The position numbers and the translations under genes are program-made. A stretch of DNA of 64,000 nucleotides, taken from Nitrospirota bacterium. GTDB taxonomy: Bacteria; Nitrospirota; Thermodesulfovibrionia; Thermodesulfovibrionales; Dissulfurispiraceae. Every line of letters begins with the position of its first letter. Positions within the stretch are counted from its first letter, which is position 1. A model generated the notes under the pieces. It saw nothing but the letters and a program-made list of their open reading frames with translations. It searched no databases and had not been told where the DNA came from. Below are positions 62,803 to 64,000 of this stretch, one piece after another. Location of the stretch: assembly GCA_963790025.1 (NCBI GenBank), contig CAWBMP010000004.1, positions 512,001-576,000 on the forward strand, read 5' to 3'.

Positions 62803-64000
62803 ATGTCTGCACAGAAAATGGAATTTAAAACAGAAGTAAAGCAACTCCTCGATTTAATGATACATTCGTTGTACTCCCACAAGGAAATATTCCTGAGAGA
62901 ACTTATTTCGAATGCATCCGATGCAATCGATAAGGCGCGGTACGAGTCCCTGACCAACAGCGCTGTCCTCGAGGGCTCCGGGGACTGGAAAATCAGGATC
63001 ACACCTGACAAGAATGCCGGCACTTTAATGGTCAGCGATAACGGTATCGGCATGACAAAGGAGGAGGTGATCGAGTCCCTGGGTACCATTGCCCATTCAG
63101 GGACCAAAGAATTCCTCAAGGTCCTGCAGCAAAAAGATGCCAGGGACAATCCTGAACTCATAGGACAGTTCGGTGTGGGTTTTTATTCCTCCTTCATGGT
63201 CGCTGACAAAGTAATAGTTATCACGCGTAAGGCAGGCGATCATAACGACCGTGGAGTCAAGTGGGAATCGACGGCCGACGGGGCTTTTACCGTCGAAGAT
63301 ATTGAAAAAGAGCACAAAGGCACCGATGTCATTCTGCATCTGAAAGACGAGGGAAAGAAATATCTCGAAATGTGGGAGATCAGAGATATTGTGCGGAAAT
63401 ACTCCGACTACATCGAACATCCCGTTGTAATGGACGTCGAGCGCGAAGTGGACTCTGCCATTGAGAAAGGGAAAAAGGTCAAGGTAACGGAAGAGGATAC
63501 GCTGAATTCGCGGAAAGCAATCTGGCTTAAAAACAAGTCTGATATAACACAGGATGAGTACAATGAGTTTTACCGTCATATTTCCCATGACTTTACGGAC
63601 CCCCTAAAGACAATTCACTACAAGGCCGAGGGCACCTCCGAATTTACCTCCCTTCTGTATGTGCCTTCGAAAGCCCCGTTCAATATCTTTTACAAGGATT
63701 TCAAGATAGGTCCGGTCCTTTATGTAAAAAGAGTACAGATCATGGACCACTGCGAGGAACTTATCCCTCTTTATTTGCGGTTCGTCAAGGGAGTGGTCGA
63801 TTCATCCGACCTCCCGCTGAATATTTCGAGAGAGATTCTGCAGTCCAACCGGCAGGTTGAAATAATAAGAAAAAGCATCACCAAGCAGGTCCTCGATACG
63901 CTCAAGGACATGAAAGAGCAGGAGTACGATACATATCTCAATTTCTATAGCGAGTTCGGAAAGATAGTGAAAGAGGGGGTGCATTTCGATATAGCAAGAA
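62803..64000 (+). CDS. htpG: Hsp90 chaperone HtpG (runs off the window end)
   Basis: Manual translation [41 protein letters not shown]...[10 protein letters not shown]. Confidence 0.97.
   Translation, partial: MSAQKMEFKTEVKQLLDLMIHSLYSHKEIFLRELISNASDAIDKARYESLTNSAVLEGSGDWKIRITPDKNAGTLMVSDNGIGMTKEEVIESLGTIAHSGTKEFLKVLQQKDARDNPELIGQFGVGFYSSFMVADKVIVITRKAGDHNDRGVKWESTADGAFTVEDIEKEHKGTDVILHLKDEGKKYLEMWEIRDIVRKYSDYIEHPVVMDVEREVDSAIEKGKKVKVTEEDTLNSRKAIWLKNKSDITQDEYNEFYRHISHDFTDPLKTIHYKAEGTSEFTSLLYVPSKAPFNIFYKDFKIGPVLYVKRVQIMDHCEELIPLYLRFVKGVVDSSDLPLNISREILQSNRQVEIIRKSITKQVLDTLKDMKEQEYDTYLNFYSEFGKIVKEGVHFDIAR

Noticed and set aside
62793..63984. Minus-strand ORFs at the window end
   Set aside because: Antisense to htpG

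Overview
Chromosomal window from an anaerobic dissimilatory sulfur-metabolising bacterium. Nitrospirota/Thermodesulfovibrionia-like is my inference from gene content only. The core is adk-sat-aprBA-qmoABC-hppA followed by a nuoEFG-like module whose G subunit is split by a 1-nt frameshift. Housekeeping genes include prfA, prmC, rpmE, rpsO, pnp, recN, aroD, dut, nifJ/PFOR, htpG and tRNA-Ala(CGC); signalling and transport genes fill the rest. The ORF track misses the most interesting signals. (1) An IS110-family DEDD recombinase runs off the left edge on the minus strand. Its 229-nt non-coding left end folds into two adjacent stem/internal-loop/hairpin modules whose loop strands match the element's own target flank and end junction, i.e. 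a bridge RNA whose guides can be read from the sequence. (2) A 71-aa glutaredoxin-like selenoprotein carries two in-frame UGA codons, each followed 11 nt later by a SECIS-like hairpin. (3) A tRNA 3'-end fragment at 2922-2950 probably marks the right boundary of an integrated island. Two MITE-like palindromic elements, many degenerate 7/8-mer repeat tracts, a DAC-like protein and an almost Lys/Arg-free flagellin-like gene are also present.
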